Below, piece after piece: positions 12,741-26,299 of a stretch of DNA of 64,000 nucleotides; position 1 is the stretch's first letter; the number at the start of each line of letters is the position of its first letter. The notes under the pieces were generated by a model, which saw only the letters and a list, made by a program, of their open reading frames with translations, did no database searches and was not told the DNA's origin. The translations under genes were made by a program, and so were the position numbers. The DNA is from Lama guanicoe (taxonomy: Eukaryota): NCBI GenBank assembly GCA_013239625.1, contig MU053379.1, forward strand, positions 2,214,866 to 2,278,865, given 5' to 3'.

Positions 12741-14499
12741 CTTCCCTTGGCCAAGTGCTAACTTCCCTGAGCCTCAGTTGTCCCATCTTCACACAGTAAA
12801 CAGCCCACCTCGCAGAGTCGCCGCCAGGATTCAGCACGACCCTGTGTCTGTGCGAGCGAGCGCTCTGGGGAGGACTTGGGCACCAGCTGCCGTTAAAGTG
12901 CCTCTCTTCCATCTGCACGTTCGCTTTCTTACCTCATTGAATTGTTCAAGGAGCAAGATTCCTACCCAGTGATGTTTTACGACGTGAAGTCAAGCCTGGA
13001 CCCAGCCATTTGGAACCTAAGTCCAAACAAGCATTCAAACCACCCAAGGAAGAAAATGCAAAGCGACACACAACATGTGTTCCAAGTTACAGATCGATTA
13101 GCAAAAATCCAGGGCTTCTTGTCTTTCCTAAAAGAATTTGCTGGTTGGGTGGAGCTGACCTCAAATCATAGATTTTAAACGGTAATGTGGGAGAAGTCAG
13201 AATCTTTGTGGCTGGGGGTTTTAGATCCTCAAACAGGGCAGGATTCAGGGAGCTGTTTTCTGAGCCACGTGCACGCAGGAAACTAGGTGTGACGTGGTCT
13301 CTGTGTGCACCGTACTGAACACCGCCCATCCACAGAGCCTAAAGTCCAGTCGACTTGACCACCAGCCAGCCCTCCTGTTTCCTCTCCGACAACTGCCAAG
13401 GGGGAACTGGAGAGTGAAAATGCCTAGTTCTGAAGGCAAGAAATAAAAGCAACACTAAACGTCAGGGCTGAACAACCCGAGCGAGTTGCTTGCTCTCGGG
13501 AGGACAGTGCCGTGGAGACTTCGTGATTTGCACTTAATGGTCCTTCTCCTGTGAGGTCAAGGGCAGGGAAACACAGGTTTAGACCTGCACCGCACAGCAG
13601 GAGCTCAAAGCCTTTCCCGGAGGGAGTCCAGAGGGGACAAGGGCTGGTGCTATTGTCCGGCTTAGCTTGTCCCCAAGAAACTAGTTTGGGAGAAGGTTGA
13701 GTAAGATGTGCTGCCCAGAAGGAAACTTCCTGGGGTGATGGAAATGTTTTCTGTTCTCCTTGGGATGTGGGTTACGTGGGTACATGCATTTGTCAAAACT
13801 TACCCAATAGTACACTTGAGATCTGTGCGTTTTACCATATGCAGATTTGCCTCCAAAGGAAAAACCAATTTGGGTGCCTTCTGAATTCATTACTTAAAAA
13901 AATCAGCTTCAAACCAGCCTTCACCATGGTCAGTCTCCCCCTCCTGTTCTCCAGGCTTGCCCTGTGCCATCCAGCCTCGCTGCCAACACACATACACACA
14001 CACACAGCACCACCAGCAAGTGCTCACTTAAACATATAGTGTGCAGAGCCCGGAGGGAGTTAGGTGCTGCATGGGATGAGGGAAAACTCAAGGCCCGGGC
14101 GTCTGCCCTCGGAGCACTGGGACTAGCTGGGGAAATGCCGTGTCCAGCCACCAGGGCACAGTTAGAATGAGCTCAGGTTCAGATGGGGGACAAAGCCAGC
14201 AAGGGCCCAGTGAACTTGGAAGAGGCAGATTTAGGGAGGATGGGCAGAGCAGAGGTGGGAAGGAGGTGAGCTCCATCTGACTCAACGGACTGTTCCCAAA
14301 GAGGGTGGGCGTGCGCCCAGGCAGGGGCGGGGCATCGCTCCATTCGGGTGAGGGCTCCCAGTGCCCAATGGGACAGCGGGGCTGCTGGGATGTGAGTGAG
14401 TCACTCGAGGTCCTGGAGGAGCCCCGGGCTGTCTTCACTCTCCCTTTGGTGAGGAGGAACCATGGTAGGTCTCTTTCCATTTTGTTTGTGAGTTAAAAA

Positions 14500-15250
14500 A
14501 ATCAATACGCACTCACAGCCCCAAAATAGAAGCAGCCTGTCAACAGGAGAACAGTTAAACAAACCATGGTATGTGTTCGCTGTTTGTTATAAAAAGAACT
14601 GAGCATGTTTGAAAGTTGCTAAGAGAGTAGGTCTTCAAAGTCCTCACCAGAAAGAAAATGTTTGTAATTATGCAGGGGGACTTATGGTGGTGATCACTTC
14701 CCAGTATATACAAGTAGCAAATTGTTATATTGTACACCTGAAACTAACATAATGTTCTGTGTCAGTTACGCCTCAGTAAAAAAAAGAAATGCATTGATGC
14801 AATGAAAAACACAAAAGAATCTTTAAAAATTATGCTTAGTAAAAAGAATCCTGGCATAAAAGCGTGCACACTGTAAGATTCCATTTATATGACAGGCTAA
14901 ACCAACCTAGGATGGAGAAGCTTAGAGCACTGAGTGCCCTGGGTGAGGCACAAGAGAACTTTCTGGGGTGATGGAGGTGCTCTCTGTCATGGCGGGAGTT
15001 TGGGTTACACCAGTGCATGCATTTCTCAAAACACACTGAATGGTGCAGTGATGATTTGTGAATTTCACTCTGTGGAAATTGCATCTAAGAATACAAGAGC
15101 TGTGAACTACAGTTGAACCCTATTGAGTGAGATGCAAGCTGAAGTGACTGGGGTGCAATGTATTAGTATCTGCCAGCTCACATTGAAGCTCATTAAAAAA
15201 TTATTCCTTCAGCGTTTCTGAATGCTTAAAAATGTTCATAATAAAATGTG
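14500..15250 (+). mobile_element. Old L1M (L1MC/MD-type) 3' end fragments
   Basis: Motifs gttgctaagagagtaggtcttcaaagtcctcacc, tgtacacctgaaactaacataatg and actttctggggtgatggaggtgctct. Confidence 0.6.
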
Positions 15251-15861
15251 AGTGGAAAAAAAAAGGCTAGACATAAAAAAATGGGGAAGGGAGGCAAGGA
15301 TCGCATTTCTTCTGCAACATCGTCCAGGAGCGGTGTCCAGGGTCTTTCTGGCCAGTCCACCCTGCCCCACAGAAACACTGGCCTTTTTGTAAACCACACT
15401 CAAAATGCCCCCCGCAAGGGCAATAGTTATCCGTTCACCTGTTGTGTGTCAAGCCTGTGGTCCGTGCCCCGCCCCGAGCCAGGCGGAGGATGAAGTCAGA
15501 CGTGGTCCCTGCCCTCTTGGTGTTTGTCACCTACTGAGCCATTGCTCAGGGGGCTGCCAGGTGGTGAGTTTATCAAAGAAGCAGCCGGGGTGCCGGGAAG
15601 TGGGCTCAGGCAGATCACGAGTGGGTGGAGAACACCGGCCCAGACTTACTGAGAACTTACTGTACACGGGCTCCTATCCAGGCTTAGCGTGGATTCCCTC
15701 AGTTAATATGCACAGCCACCTCCTCAGGTGGGAACCCTTATCACCCCCATTTAATATATCAGAAAACCGAGGCCCGGGAAAGTTAAGTCACTTGTTCATG
15801 ATTACATAGCCAGCGGGTGACCTGGCAGAGATTCAGAACGTCTGGATCCCATGTTCTAAAC

Positions 15862-16046
15862 CAGGGGTTGGCATGCTTTTTCCAGAAAGGGGCTAGAGAA
15901 GAACAATATTAACCACTAGGGCCATACTGTCTCTGTCAAAACTGTGCCGCTCTGCCACTGAGTGTGAAAGCAGTCAGGGAGTGAGCTGAATTACAATGAA
16001 GTTTCATTTATAAATGCAGGCGATGGGCCATAGTTTGCTGACCCCC
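15862..16046 (+). mobile_element. MER58A-like DNA transposon relic
   Basis: Terminal inverted repeat-like ends caggggttggca ... tttgctgacccc. Confidence 0.55.
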
Positions 16047-17494
16047 AAACCACCTATCATCTCCAGTGGCTGGGAGGTATTCAAGTTGGCCCAGAAGCAA
16101 CTGAAGGAACCCTAATTCCTGACTGTCATGTCCATGGGGAAGTAGGGGTTCAGGTAATAACCAAGCCAGAGTTCAACAGTCCAGGTCTCCAGTGGAAAAA
16201 CAAAACACACCCGAGTGCAGGTGGCGGTCCACTACCAAAGGAAGCTGCAGAGGAAAAGATGGAGAAGGGAAAAGTACTCTGAAACCCCACAAAACGTGGT
16301 TGTCTTTAATCTCCGAGGCAGGCTTACAATTTCAGCAGCACTGTTCCCTGAGACCGTATGTGAGTGTAGAGAGAGTAAGTAAAGTTCCAGAGCTTTGGTT
16401 GAATGCGATTCATTTTGAAAAGGCTTGGCCGAAGAGCACTTTCTGCCTCACCGGCTCCTGGTTTCTTAAGGGCAGGAAATTTACGCAATTCTTGTTACTG
16501 ACAAGAATTCAACCCTGGAGCTCACAGGGCGAGCTGGGCTGGGAATGCATTGACCTCATTCTTAGAAGAATCCTTGCAATGTTGACAATCAAGAGGTCAG
16601 AAGAGAATCTCTTTCAGTGCAAGGCATTTGTGATGGACCCCTGAGTGTTGGCCTCTTTATACGAACGCAGCTGATGACGGGGGCAGCACCACTCACAGCA
16701 TGGCTGAGGGTCTACAGGAAGCTACCAGCTGGACTGGGATGCCCCCCCCCATTTTTCTGCACTGAATTAAGCTTGGTCAGCCCGTTGCTTTGGTGTCACA
16801 GAGCTGTGATTTGTGTCCTTTATTCTTTGGGAAGCATATGATATGGAGTAATTTCCCAGCTGGGGTTCAGCAGATGGTTGGCTTCAGGGGTGAAGCAGGC
16901 CGAGGAGAGTTCTGCTGTTCCCTCCTGACAAAGCATTGCTTAGTGAGACGTGCAACGCTCCGATGTCCCCACGCGAAGGGTTGGCTATTTTGGGCATGCA
17001 TTGTCCTGTCACCAAAAGATGAACCAAACACACGTACCTAGAGAGACACCACGTTACCACACCTGAGGGTGGGCTGGGCAAGGGCAGGCTCAGGAGTCCC
17101 GTGTCCCTAATGGCCACCATCCTGGACAACAGAGATGTGTTGTCAGACATTCCTGTCATTGCAGAAAGCTGTGCTGGACAGCAGTGTGTTCTAAGAATTC
17201 CAAAAATGTTTTGTTTTCTTTTCTCTTCAAAGTTTGGCTGTTAACCCCACTGTATTGCTGTGAAAAACAAAAATTTTTTATTGAATATCAGAAACAGATA
17301 TTAACTCTTTCTTCTTCTCTGTTTGGTCAAGACAGCAACCCTCATCCACCACTTCCCATCAAGTTCAGGTGAAGGTCACAGACATTTGAGTGCAAAAGAG
17401 ATAAAAAGAGCAACATCCTCATGGTGCTGGAAATGCTCTGCATCTTGATTTGTATCAGTGCCAATACCCTGGCTGTGACGTTGCGCTATATAGG

Positions 17495-17636
17495 TTTTTT
17501 GATGGGGGGGTGATTAGGTTTATTTATTTATTTATCTGTTTGTTTGTTTGTTTATTGTTAATGGAGGTGCTGGGGATTGAACCCAGGACCTCATGCATGA
17601 GAGGCACACACTCTACCACTGAGCTATACACTACCC
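17495..17636 (-). mobile_element. tRNA-derived SINE (Vic-1-like)
   Basis: Reverse complement of the 878 element: ggggattgaacccaggacctcatgcatg...ctctaccactgagctata, with a (TTTA/TTTG)n tail. Confidence 0.85.
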
Positions 17637-18053
17637 ACTAAAAGAGATAAAAAGCTTAGTAATATTTTTAAAAATATTGCTCCCATGACCCATGTGAAAT
17701 TTACCCTAAAAGTTGTGTGTCAAGAAAGTCATGTCCCCAGGGAAGCGTGGTCGGCAGCAAGAATCAGGCTACACAGGATGGAGAATTTAAGCAGCCATGG
17801 GGCAGTGTGTGGGCATCGTGGGCATCGCTGCTGGAGGGGAGGGCGGGGCCCGGCTGGGAGTGGACCAGACAAGGGTGAAGTCCGGGTGCTCTAGGAAAGT
17901 GCATATGGCTCATTCGAGGGCCGGCTTGGCTGCCAAGATGCCTTTTGTTCTCCATCCCGGGGAAAAAAAAACTTGGCATTCAGTGCTGCTCACTGCCCCG
18001 CTCTCAGCAGATGCCTTGCAGGAAGCCTGACTCCGTGTCATCCTTTCTTACAG

Positions 18054-18119
18054 ATTCGGCTGAACAGCAGGGGGCTGATCTACTCCGTGGGCTTGCTCCT
18101 GGCCTCTGTCTTTGTCACG
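18054..18119 (+). CDS. SLC24A3: SLC24A3 penultimate coding exon
   Basis: Acceptor tcctttcttacag|ATT and donor ACG|gtgggt. The 66 nt encode IRLNSRGLIYSVGLLLASVFVT, in frame with both flanking exons. Confidence 0.95.
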
Positions 18120-19677
18120 GTGGGTCTGCAGCTCTCTCCTCTCTCAAGTTCCCATGCCCCCCCCACCCCCTTGGGCTCTTTGGCTACAGAGTCTGTTTGG
18201 GCACCAGATGGGCTTGGCCTCCTGGTGGGCAGGGGACAGTCAGCCTGCAGATGCCCCATCTCGTGGCTGTTTCTTCCAGACGTGGATCCTGGCAACCCAC
18301 GAGAAGCCTTCTCCCTTTCTGAAAGGAGCCGGCCTCCTCTCAGAAGCATGGCTCGTCTCTTGTTAAACACAAACTTTTATCAAGGGCAAAAGGGAGCTCA
18401 CACTTTTTCTGCAAGATTAGCCCCAGAAGGTTATATTCCAGACTATTCCAGGTTACTAAATATCTCCATAAATCCCTGGATTTGACCAATGCTCAAAGAC
18501 GCAGAACCAGCTTTATTGGCAGTGTACTTTCATGCCACTGTCCTGTCTTGGCTGCGACATCCATTTGTATAATTGAACATCTCAACTCAGTTGACACCTT
18601 TGGTGGGAACAAGTTCACAGCGACACTTGGACTGACCCACTTGAGGTGTCTGCTAATACACACAGATGTTACTGAATTTTCACAATAAGAGATGCAGTGT
18701 TTTTCATGAGTTTTTCAAGGAACCATTCATTGAATGACACCTGGCAGGTGAACATACATTTGCTAGAGAATGAGAATTCAGAAGGGCAGGAGAGGCAATT
18801 GACAGCATCAGGAAGTGAGTCAAATGTCAAGGTTTTACCAAAGCAAATACTTCACACACAAGTGAAAATCCATGTAATTCATTCTTTTATCGGTCAGGAT
18901 GTTCTTCAAGTTGATATGACTTAGAGTTATGCATGTAACGGCCACACACTGTGCGGAATGCTTTGCATACATGTCCCCATTTGGCGCTCACCACACCCCC
19001 GTGAGGGAGTCACTGATAGCACCCACTATACAGGTGAACGGCCGAGGCGCCTGACATCAGAGCGCGCGCTCTTGGGCGCAGCGCTTCTCCTTAGGCTTCG
19101 CTACCGTTGCACAGTCTGTGGGACGGCGCTGACCGCTACACGGGCTGTCGAAATGGGGCTGTTGGGGCGCTGAAAAGGAGTAGCTTTGGGGAGGCAGCGC
19201 AAGTTCAAACATTGTCATTTTGCAATGCCCATCTGACATCCACGGAAGAGGTCAAAGCTGCTGTTGGAAAGATGAGTCCAGGAGGAATGTCCAGGCTGGG
19301 GACGCCAGAAGTTAGCTGGGGTTTAGAGCCGTGTAGTTGGATGAGATCCCCAAGGGCGCGAGTGTAGCTAGAAAAGACCAGAGGCCCAAGACGTGCGTCT
19401 CGGCGCTCTTGACAGTGAGACGTCAGGACGACGGGGCAGGGGTCAGAGCAGCAAAAGAAACAGAAGGAGCAGTCGGAGAGGTAGGGAAACCAAGGGTGCG
19501 GCCTCGAGAGCCCGGTGCAGGAGCAGCTTGAGGGTGCAGGGCACGTCCAGGATGTGGACGGACTGGGCGGGCCCGGGGCCGGCGCCCCGCCCACCTGCCC
19601 ACCCGGCGCGGACCCGCCCCGCCCACCTGCCCATCCCGCGCTGACCCCGCCTCACCCATGGGCCCGCCCCGCGCTGA

Positions 19678-19731
19678 NNNNNNNNNNNNNNNNNNNNNNN
19701 NNNNNNNNNNNNNNNNNNNNNNNNNNNNNNN
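19678..19731. other. Assembly gap (54 N)
   Basis: N run inside a very GC-rich repeat. Confidence 0.99.
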
Positions 19732-19857
19732 GCCCACGAGTCCGCCCCGCGCTTCCCCGCCGATGGGCACGCCCCACCCACGGAGCCGCCCCTCGCTGAC
19801 CCCGCCTCATCCCACCGGCCCGCCTCGAGCCCTCTGACCCCACTCTGTGCCTTGCAG

Positions 19858-20007
19858 GTGTTTGGCGTTCACCTGAACAAGTGGCAGCTGGACAAGAAGC
19901 TCGGGTGCGGGTGCCTTTTCCTGTACGGCGTGTTCCTGTGCTTCTCCATCATGACCGAGTTTAACGTGTTCACCTTCGTGAACCTGCCCATGTGCGGGGA
20001 CCACTGA
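19858..20007 (+). CDS. SLC24A3: SLC24A3 final coding exon (C-terminus)
   Basis: Acceptor ctctgtgccttgcag|GTG. Encodes VFGVHLNKWQLDKKLGCGCLFLYGVFLCFSIMTEFNVFTFVNLPMCGDH then TGA (20005-20007), matching the NCKX3 C-terminus. Confidence 0.96.
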   Translation: MFGVHLNKWQLDKKLGCGCLFLYGVFLCFSIMTEFNVFTFVNLPMCGDH

Positions 20008-21585
20008 CCGCGGCCGCCGCCCAGCTCGGCTCCTCCTTTCTGTGCAATACGAGGCCGGCGCCCGAGTCGCGGCCCCGCCCGGCGTCGTCTCCCGCGCGGT
20101 CCACGGCCTCCGCTCCTGCCCGGCGGCTCGGCCTCCCCGCCGCCCCCCAGCCCCGGCAGAATTTTCCAGCTCCACTTTTAAACAGTGACTGAGGTTCTAG
20201 AAAAACTGGCTGCAAACTGGCCCAAGCCAGGCAGAACTTAGTTCATCCCTCCTCCTTTTTTAAGTTATTGGATGGAAGACAAGCCTAATTTATGACCTGA
20301 GACTGGGGAAGGAAGAGAGGGGAGAGGGTACATCGATGACTTGGGATTTCCTGATGCTGAGGGGCTGATTCCTAGGTTACTGGGTCTAGGGGGGTCGTTT
20401 GGCTTTGGGGGCTCCCCGTTTTCTTCCTTTTATTCCAGAGGTTGAGAGCTTCTCTTGCATCTCCTTTCACTGGGCTCTGGATCCTGCACCAGCCACAGAT
20501 GTGTCTGCTGCGTCCACTGGGGTAGAATCCCAGGCGCATGGGAGCGTGTATGGATGTAGCTGACCAGAGGAGCAGCTGGGAACAAACGCACCACAGGTCA
20601 CACCCGGGGGCCTCCCCCGAGTCCTGCAGGCATTTCCTGGGGCACAGGGCTTTCGAGGAAGAAGACAGCTTCCCACCTGTCCGTTTTGACCATCACTTCC
20701 TCCCCAGGTTCTTTCTAGTCTCTCAAGCAATAGTTCTAGCCTGCCGGAGGCCCTTGTCCAGGGGCCCTGGTTCAACTATCCATCTGTGAGTCCCTGAGAT
20801 GTGCTCTCTTTGCTTGGTGTTTGGGGTGACAGGGAGTGACCTGGAGGCCACCACTGCTTTACATGCAGGAGGTACAGACACTGGTTTCTTGGGACGTGGA
20901 GTAAAGCGCGCTTTGCACAGATGTCGCCACTCGGTACTGAGTACACTGGACCCCAACCGCTGGCTCTTGGGCCAGCGTCCTTCCTCACGGGACGCCACCG
21001 CCAAGCTGCCCCAGCTCCATCCCTCCCCTCCTGGAGGGATGGCACGGGAAGGAGAAAACAGAACTGACACCTTCGGAACCGCAGAATGTGTTCAGTGCAG
21101 ACTCGCTCAAGGGTGTAAGTTATTATGAACGTTGTTGCCAATCACTGCTCAACAGCCCTGCTAGGTTTTGTCTGATGCTGAATTATTATGCAGACTAATT
21201 CCACCGAGTTGAGACCTACCCATGCTTGTTACACTTGTATTTATTGAAACTGTGGATTCTTGCCCGAGCCACCCCTTGTATTTACTTTACGCACTGATCA
21301 CTTATTTGTTCGGTATGGTTTTCCCCCTCCCTGTACACATTCTGGTATGAATTGTAAAAATAACCTGCTACACGTTGGTTGAAGGGTCCTGCCAATGGTG
21401 CACACGGAGGCCGGCGTGAGCCGTTGGGCACCTGTCGGATGGAGCAGCGGGAGAGGGAATCACCAGTTTGGGCTCTCAGAGCTAAGACACACTTATAGAT
21501 TCTGTTACACATTTTGCACTGGTTTCTGGCGATTGTTTTCTTGGACAGATAGTGTAAAATAAACTTCTCTGTTCTGTAGCCTTTC
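20008..21585 (+). other. SLC24A3: SLC24A3 3' UTR (end approximate)
   Basis: Runs from the stop codon to a canonical AATAAA at 21558, followed by U/GU-rich sequence. Confidence 0.75.
21558..21563 (+). terminator. Polyadenylation signal AATAAA of SLC24A3
   Basis: gtgtaaAATAAActtctctgttctgtagcctttc, about 1.55 kb after the stop codon, with pyrimidine/GU-rich sequence downstream. Confidence 0.75.
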
Positions 21586-22119
21586 TCGAGCAGGGCTCTT
21601 TGCTTTCTCCCCCCGAGTGTTGCCTGTTTCCGAGTGAGGCGTATGCGTGCAAGGTAACAAGATGGCAGTCACCACATGTTTACTGCTTCGGGGCCGACTC
21701 ACCTGGAAAGCCGGTCAGTGTCTGGCAGATTGCAGGTGTGAGGTGGCAGTCATGGGTCCCCTGTAAATCTTGAACTCAGGGCTGGTTGTCCTGTGGAATA
21801 CAGGAGGCATTTTATTAGTTCTCTCTTTCATCTGGATGTGAGAGGAAGGTCATTTCATTGCTGACAGTGACGCCCACCAAGGCTCAAGTCACCCTCTTGT
21901 CTGATTTCACTAGTTGTCAATTGTAAACATTAAGACTTCCCCGTAGCCAATTCCTTAAGAAACAGAGAAACACATAGTCATAGTAAGCCATGTTGTTGCC
22001 CTGCATGACTCAAGAAAGTAGACTGAGATTAGTAAACAAGCCAAGTTTCTCCCTGAAACGCAAGATACTTGATTTCTAGAAATCAAAAGAAAAATAGCTA
22101 CTAATTCACAGCATTAACT

Positions 22120-22249
22120 TGTATTTAATTATTTGTCAGGGGGTGGAGGGTGTAATTGAGTGTATTTATTTAATGGAGGTACTGGGGATTGAACCCAGGA
22201 CCTCATACATGCTAGGCATGCACTCTACCCCTGAGCTATGCCCTCCCCC
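22120..22249 (-). mobile_element. tRNA-derived SINE (Vic-1-like)
   Basis: ggaggtactggggattgaacccaggacctcatacatgctaggcatgcactctacccctgagctatgccctcccc. Confidence 0.85.
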
Positions 22250-25200
22250 TTATTTATTAAAAAAACAAAAAACAAAAAACTCTTCCCAGGTGGTGGGAAA
22301 CTACTAGCTTAGCTTCGTTTTGAGTATTTACATCTCAAAATGTTTTAGGACTATATTTGTGTGTTTTATAAATACACTCTGACCATGGACAGAGTATTAT
22401 CATTATGCTGCTTGGCGCTTACAAAGCATGAGATGCTTTTACATGAAATATTCTGTCATACTAGTCTTGATTAGTTTTTAGTCTTAGTCCTAAGCAAAGA
22501 CATTTGATCCAAAGCCTGATTTTTTTTAAAACACATTTGCTGTGCAAGCTTTAGAAACGGTGGCTCCATGCTGTATTTCTCAGAGAAAAGTCTGGGTAGA
22601 GGTAAGTGTCCATGTTTCATGCATGATTGCCGACCTAGGACCTGGGGAGGCTTCCGTTCTGAAATGAGCCTTGGGCCTCTTTCTGCTCAGATCTCTGCCT
22701 TGCAGGGTGTGCCTTGAGCTGGGGAGTGAGGATGCGGTCCCGACGGAGCAGCCCAGCGGCGCGGAACGGCTGGGGTTGCTGTTTCCACTGCTTTCGCTGT
22801 GCTGGGGTTTATTTGGAAGAAGTTGGGATGGGTTTGAGGGAAGAACTTCTTTTCCACTGTCCCAAACCTGACGTATCGCCACAGAAGGCCTCTCAGCAAT
22901 TTTCTGAGATGTGCTGGTTTCGGTCAACTCCCAAACTGACCTCATGCAAAAGAGGACGTGGCCCTGGACAGGAGAAGACACACCCCAAAACTTGCATTTC
23001 CTCCTGAACTCTAGCCTGGCCGACCCCACAGGGGCGTACTGCCAGAACACCCTCCTCCTGGAAGGTGTGTTCCCAATGTGGCCTGGGCCTGCTGAGGGTC
23101 ACTGTCCCCACATACACCTTTCAGGTGGCTTCTGAAACAGTGAGAAGTCATGAGAGGGTAAGTTTCCGGATGGCTTTGCCCCTTCCCAAAGCAAAGTGCT
23201 GGCCCTCCCTTTCTAGGGAGAGTGCACTTTTACAGGTACACGGTTTGTACTTACCTCCACAAAGACCTGGAAGGCTGCTTATTATGTTTTCCAAAATTAT
23301 TGCTTCCGACACTCGTGGCTTAGTCCTAGATTCACATGCTGGGGGTGATAATACTGTAAAGTCCAGGCAGTTTCTAATTATGGTAGAACAGGGCTGACAT
23401 TCAACCTGCAATAAACAGCATCAAATGTAGCCTCAGAGCTTGACCTGATTGTCCATGAAAATATTCAGACTGTTAGGAAAAAGAAAAGTGGGAAATTAGT
23501 GGTGGTCATGTTGCTTTTTCCAAGATTTATTTTCACTTTTTCGTGCTAGGATGGTTATCCCGTTCATGGATAATTATCCCATTATTCTGACCCAATTTGA
23601 CCAACTATTTTGAAGTGGATGGGACATTTCCATGTTGGATTTTGGATCGTCTCATCCTGATTAACGAGTCTCATTTACTTTAATATTGTCTGCAATGGCT
23701 GCTCAACACACTCACACCATCTATCTGATACCAAAACTCTGTATAAAAACAATCCAAAGGACCTTTGGAAATTCTCCAGCTGCCCAGCTGGCTATTACAC
23801 TACAAGTGCAGGAATGGGGTGGATTCAGCCAACTTTTCTCTGATAAATGAAAAGTCACGTGTCCATTGCATCATCATCCAGAGATGTGGGGCCCTGCAGA
23901 CTTGCTGGAAAAGCAAGAATTGAGGCCGTGGACAAGCAGAGATTAGCAGTGTGCACGAGGTAAATCATGCCCTGCCTTGGAACTGATTTCACATTGAACT
24001 TTGCGGTTAGTTTCAAAACATAGGGCAGAGTAATAAAACTCCACCAAAAGTCCTTCAGACGCCTTACTGTTGCACTCAAGACATTTGTTTCCTTAATAAA
24101 ATATACCCAGGAGTCCTGTTAATTTTTTACTGAACCTCAGTTTAGCAAACAGTCTTGCCAAGTTGTAGAGATTTTAAATATACTGAATAATCAGCGTTAA
24201 CACTCATTTTGTTTTTGGTCTTTGTTTTTGCAACAGGTGGGAGGAGGGGGAAGATTTAAGATGACAGTTTCAGCACATATGCCATTTTAAAAGATTTAGT
24301 TCTAAACTTAGGAGAAAGTAGCGGTGCATATGGGGGAAAATTTCTACACATGTTCTCCTGTTTGCACATTACAACCACGTAGAGCTAACTTTCTCAACAT
24401 GCTATTTTGATACAAGCCCATCCAGCGAAGATATCATGACTCAGAACAGCCCCGTACCAGAGTTCGCCATTAGGGCCCAAGTGCTTCAGACAGTCACACG
24501 TGCTTGCATCAGGGTCGTGTGTAAGAAACAGTAGCAGAACACCTCCGGCTGGAGATCCTGCCTGGGGCTCAGACTCCTGCATCCACAGCTGCCCCAGGTA
24601 TGCTTCCTCCTGGAAATGATCACGACTCCCACGTGGGAGACAGGCGCGCTCATGCGTATGGTCAGACCTGAACTCGGATTTGGGCACTTATCCACCAGAA
24701 CCTGAGGGGTCACACTGTGCTCCAGAATGACTTGGTAAAAGCTATATTTTTTTATATCTGCTAGAAGCATTGCTCAGCGTCAGGAAGTGGGTAGAGACTG
24801 GTACGCATAACGGGGATGGGGAGGGCCGGGAGGGAAGGCAGAGTCGTCCTTTCCAGAAGGAAGGTGGTCCCCCGGAAGGCAAGGAGGGGCTCTGCATCTC
24901 CCCTCAAAACCGTCTCTGCTCTGCGATGCCCCAGTGGCTCTCTGCCTGGGGCAGCGTCACCGTCGGAGTAACGTGCGCCCGCGGCAGCTTTGCCAGTGTG
25001 AGCCCCACGTGTGTCACATTACATTGGACACCACGTACTTCCTCCGATTTCCAGGACCCCTCGGTCGTGGGGCCGGCTCGTCTCACTTCCAGGCAGAGTT
25101 TAATCTGACGCCTGAATGTTAACTAAGGACGCTTCTTAGGAGGGAAAACACGAAGTTTGAAGATATAAAAGAGACCCGTGCCGGGAAATCCACCCATCTG

Positions 25201-26299
25201 TTATAAATGAGGCAAATCATTTCACTGGAGGCGTTTGTTCTTAATGTGCCTTGATGAACAGGGGAACAGGATTGTTTGTATTACTCTCAAAGGCAATCTA
25301 ATACAATTCCAGATTTTCAGCTCCATTTTGGTATTTGTTTCAGGAAAGAATGGCGGCCCTGTGGTATTTTAACCTGGGTTGACTGTCGGCACAGAAAATT
25401 TCAGTTTATACGTATGGACTTGAGGACATGTCATCCTTTCAGGGTGAGCGGTGAGATTTCCCTGCACGCCGTCAGGGAAGTCCACGTCGCGCATCACTGC
25501 TTCTTCTGAGAGTTACTGGCTGTGACTTGGCGGCCTGGAAGCAGTGCGGGCCTGTCTCAGATGCTGCCAGGTCCCTGCCCTCTTCATGTGGTTGATGGTT
25601 CTGATTGTTCCCACGTGGCCCTTCATCACGTGTCACAGACAGCCTGGCCTGGAGGTGGCCAGAGGTGGCTTCCTCAAGGGTTCTCATTACCGACCGAGCA
25701 AGGATGCTGACACACACTGAGTCGCCAGACTGGGAAGGCCAGGCTAATGGCATACCCACGTTCTGTGATACATGGAATAAAAACAGGGAGCATTTCTAAC
25801 CCAACTCTCAAGCTCTAAATAATGACATGATAGCCATAATAACATCCTTCTTCTTGTGAAAGCCATCATTCAGAGGAGCCAGCAGACTGTGGACGAAGGC
25901 AGAAGTCCCGGCCTGTCCTCTGACGTGGGCATCTGAATTTCTCCCAGATGAGTGCATAGGATTACGTGACCACTGAGGTCCCTGCCAGCTCAGACATTCT
26001 ACCAGTGTAGATGGGAGAACAGAAAAGATAATTTCCCCCTAGAAATTAACACATATATTAAGTAAAGACAGTGAAACTGGTATAAGTTTTGATATACAAG
26101 AGTTCACAAGTTATTCTGTGTGTTTCAGCTCACCTGTCACTGGAATTCCATCTTTTTTACTGTTGGTATTTTTTAATATGTATAATTTTGGATATTGTCT
26201 ATTAAAAAGAAATCTCTTTAGCAAAGGTTCATCCCTCATCATTCCCAGCAAGAATTTTGGGGGGTGATAGAGACTAAAAATATATTCATTTAATTCTTT

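Larger units (their letters stand above)
18950..20160. promoter_or_regulatory. Intragenic CpG-rich region over the last intron/exon of SLC24A3, with GC-box-rich degenerate tandem repeat
   Basis: Dense CpG and many CCGCCC motifs at 19586-19830, with high GC continuing into the 3' UTR. Confidence 0.65.

Noticed and set aside
585..20007. Assignment to the paralogue SLC24A4 (NCKX4)
   Set aside because: Residues SNSIGSNVFDILIGLGLPWALQTLAVDYGSY and the C-terminus NLPMCGDH fit NCKX3. As recalled, NCKX4 has SNTIG..LVGLGVPWGLQT and ends MCREDD.
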